A stretch of 63,946 nt of DNA, the filler included, from Octopus bimaculoides (Eukaryota): NCBI RefSeq assembly GCF_001194135.2. It is 5 parts of 5 records of this genome, joined end to end, with 100 filler letters (N's around TTAATTAATTAA, not from the genome) between each part and the next. Parts side by side here need not be neighbours in the genome. Positions count along the whole stretch, not along the records: positions 56,145 to 62,837 come from NC_068996.1; positions 62,938 to 63,946 come from NW_026389741.1; 3 more parts are not named here. The stretch is one strand, 5' to 3'. The notes below the pieces were generated by a model. It did no database searches, was not told the DNA's origin, and saw only the letters and a list, made by a program, of their open reading frames with translations. Made by a program: the position numbers and the translations under genes. Positions 62,040 through 63,946 of this stretch are shown piece by piece; the first letter of the stretch is position 1; every line of letters starts with the position of its first letter.

Positions 62040-62509
62040 CACACACACACACACACATAGACGGACAGAGACAGAGAGACAGATAAACAGACAGACAAGG
62101 ACAGAAGATTCTAAGAAGCCAGTGTTAAAGTCAGACGATGAAGGTTTAAACACGAAGATACGAAGATCTGAAATACGAAGTCGTTGAGAAGAAATAATAT
62201 AAAGTCGAAGTAAAGTATGTTACGTGGCTGTATCTTATCATCGTTTAGTTTAGTTCTCTCCCTTTCACGATCGCTCTCCCCAATCTATCTCTCCCTCTCA
62301 CTCATTTTAACACACACACTCTCTCTCTCTCTCTCTTTCTCTATCTTTTACTGTCTCTTTCTCTCATCCCTCTGGTTTGATTTAAAGTGATTTTTAATTA
62401 TATTTTCGTTTATAGAATAATTTTCACTGCCAAGAATAGAAATCAATGCTAAGATCTATTTATATATGAGTGTACATATTTACATAGATCATTATGTATC
62501 AATTGTATG

Positions 62510-62837
62510 TTTATACATACATACACACGTACATACATGCATGTATGCATACATATAAACTACACACATGCATACACTCATGCATACATTCATACATACA
62601 TTCATTCATACATACATACACACATACATACATACATATTTACGTACGTACATACATACATACATATATGCATGCATACATACTGCACACATACATACAT
62701 ACATACATACATACATACATACATACACACATATACACAGACACACATGCATGAATATACATATACATACATGCATGCATAAATATATACATGCATACAT
62801 ACATACATGCATACATACATACATACATGCATGCATT
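62510..62837. repeat. (TACA)n-type complex microsatellite
   Basis: Direct reading. Confidence 0.95.
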
Positions 62838-62937
62838 NNNNNNNNNNNNNNNNNNNNNNNNNNNNNNNNNNNNNNNNNNNNTTAATTAATTAANNNNNNN
62901 NNNNNNNNNNNNNNNNNNNNNNNNNNNNNNNNNNNNN

Positions 62938-63842
62938 TCTACGGCTAGTGCCTTGCTATATCTAGTTGCTTCTGCTTTTACTGCTCTTTTGACGGCAAAC
63001 CACCATTTGTTGTTGATGATAGCTCCCGTCAAGGCCCTCTTTACTAACGTGCTAATCCGGTCTCTGAAAACTTGTCTCGACGGGAAAGACGCGTTTAATT
63101 TCCAGTAACCTGGACCTTGCCTATGTGCCTTATCTGAGTCTAGCGTACACGTTACAAGTTTGTGATCCGTGTAGCTGACTGTGTGGAATTGTGAACATCC
63201 TAAGCTATCTCTATCTCTTGTCCTACATACTATCCTATCTAGATACGATCTCGACGACCCAATGCGGTTACTCCATGTCCACGTTGGCACATGTGGGTGT
63301 TCGAGTCGGTACCTGTCAGACAGTTGAAAGCATCTGAGCAGGTCTCTGAGGCATTTGCATCCTCTTCTATTGTTGTCTCTTCCTACGTAGTCTAGATGCG
63401 TGTCGAAGGTAGCATTCCAATCCCCCATTAAAAGTAAAGGACGAGACGTTCCCAGGAATACCTCTAGAGGTCGAAAGAAATCCGACCGACCTGTTAAAGG
63501 AGGAACATAGACAGCTAGCAGCCGAAAAGCGCAACCATCGCTGCCGTCGACATCCAGCACAACCAGTCTACCCTCCGGGTCTATGAATATCGTCTTTACT
63601 TCGAGATCCAGACTCTTGCGAAAAAGAACCGCCGTGCCACTACCGCCCATCCTCGGCAGACAGGGAGAAAAATAAATGTTAAACTGTCCGCCAAACATGG
63701 ACTTTAGGGCCCGCTGTTCATGGAGACTGGTCTCACTAATGGCTATGATATCCAAATTGTGTGACTTGATGTCATTTAAGAGGTACCCTTGTTTCCAAGG
63801 GGACCCCAAGGCACGCACATTCACACAACCAATCTTCGTCAT
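62938..63842 (-). CDS. Tx1/L1-clade LINE ORF2 N-terminus: APE-like endonuclease domain, open frame truncated by assembly gap
   Basis: About 300 uninterrupted codons from a true ATG. Motifs: 'GCVNVRAL', 'IAISET', 'GTAVLF', 'LAVY', 'MGDWNA', 'TWTW..SYLDRI', 'YTDHKLV', then the post-EN 'GPGYWKLNAS' typical of Tx1/L1. Confidence 0.92.
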
Positions 63843-63946
63843 GATTCTATTTAAATATGTACTTTAAAGCACAAAACAAAAGGAACAGTGAGTTATTTAC
63901 CGTTCGAAAGTTTTGTTTCCTCCTTGGATTTTTCACCAAGGAGGCT

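Overview
This window is repeat-dominated eukaryotic DNA, very rich in microsatellites and broken by many N gaps. The SINE families and gap style suggest an octopus (coleoid cephalopod) draft assembly; this is an inference. No host protein-coding gene can be supported, and there is only one weak exon candidate (~7.3-7.5 kb). The recognisable content is: several tRNA-headed SINE families; fragments of R4/Dong-like (RLE), RTE, CR1/L2 and Tx1/L1 non-LTR retrotransposons, including an uninterrupted Tx1-type APE endonuclease ORF at the right end; a Penelope-like element (PLE) remnant with a GIY-YIG domain and a hammerhead ribozyme; a Tc1/mariner fragment; TTAA-targeting piggyBac-type MITEs; mariner MITEs; and a ~435-bp fold-back element. 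The most striking signal is a short non-autonomous element that joins a tRNA-like Pol III head to a PLE-type minimal hammerhead ribozyme. It occurs as head-to-head inverted dimers, and two of these dimers are each enclosed by a single 13-14 bp target-site duplication. A separate pseudoknot or permuted-hammerhead candidate lies at ~37.45 kb. Coordinates were read by eye, so repeat edges are approximate.
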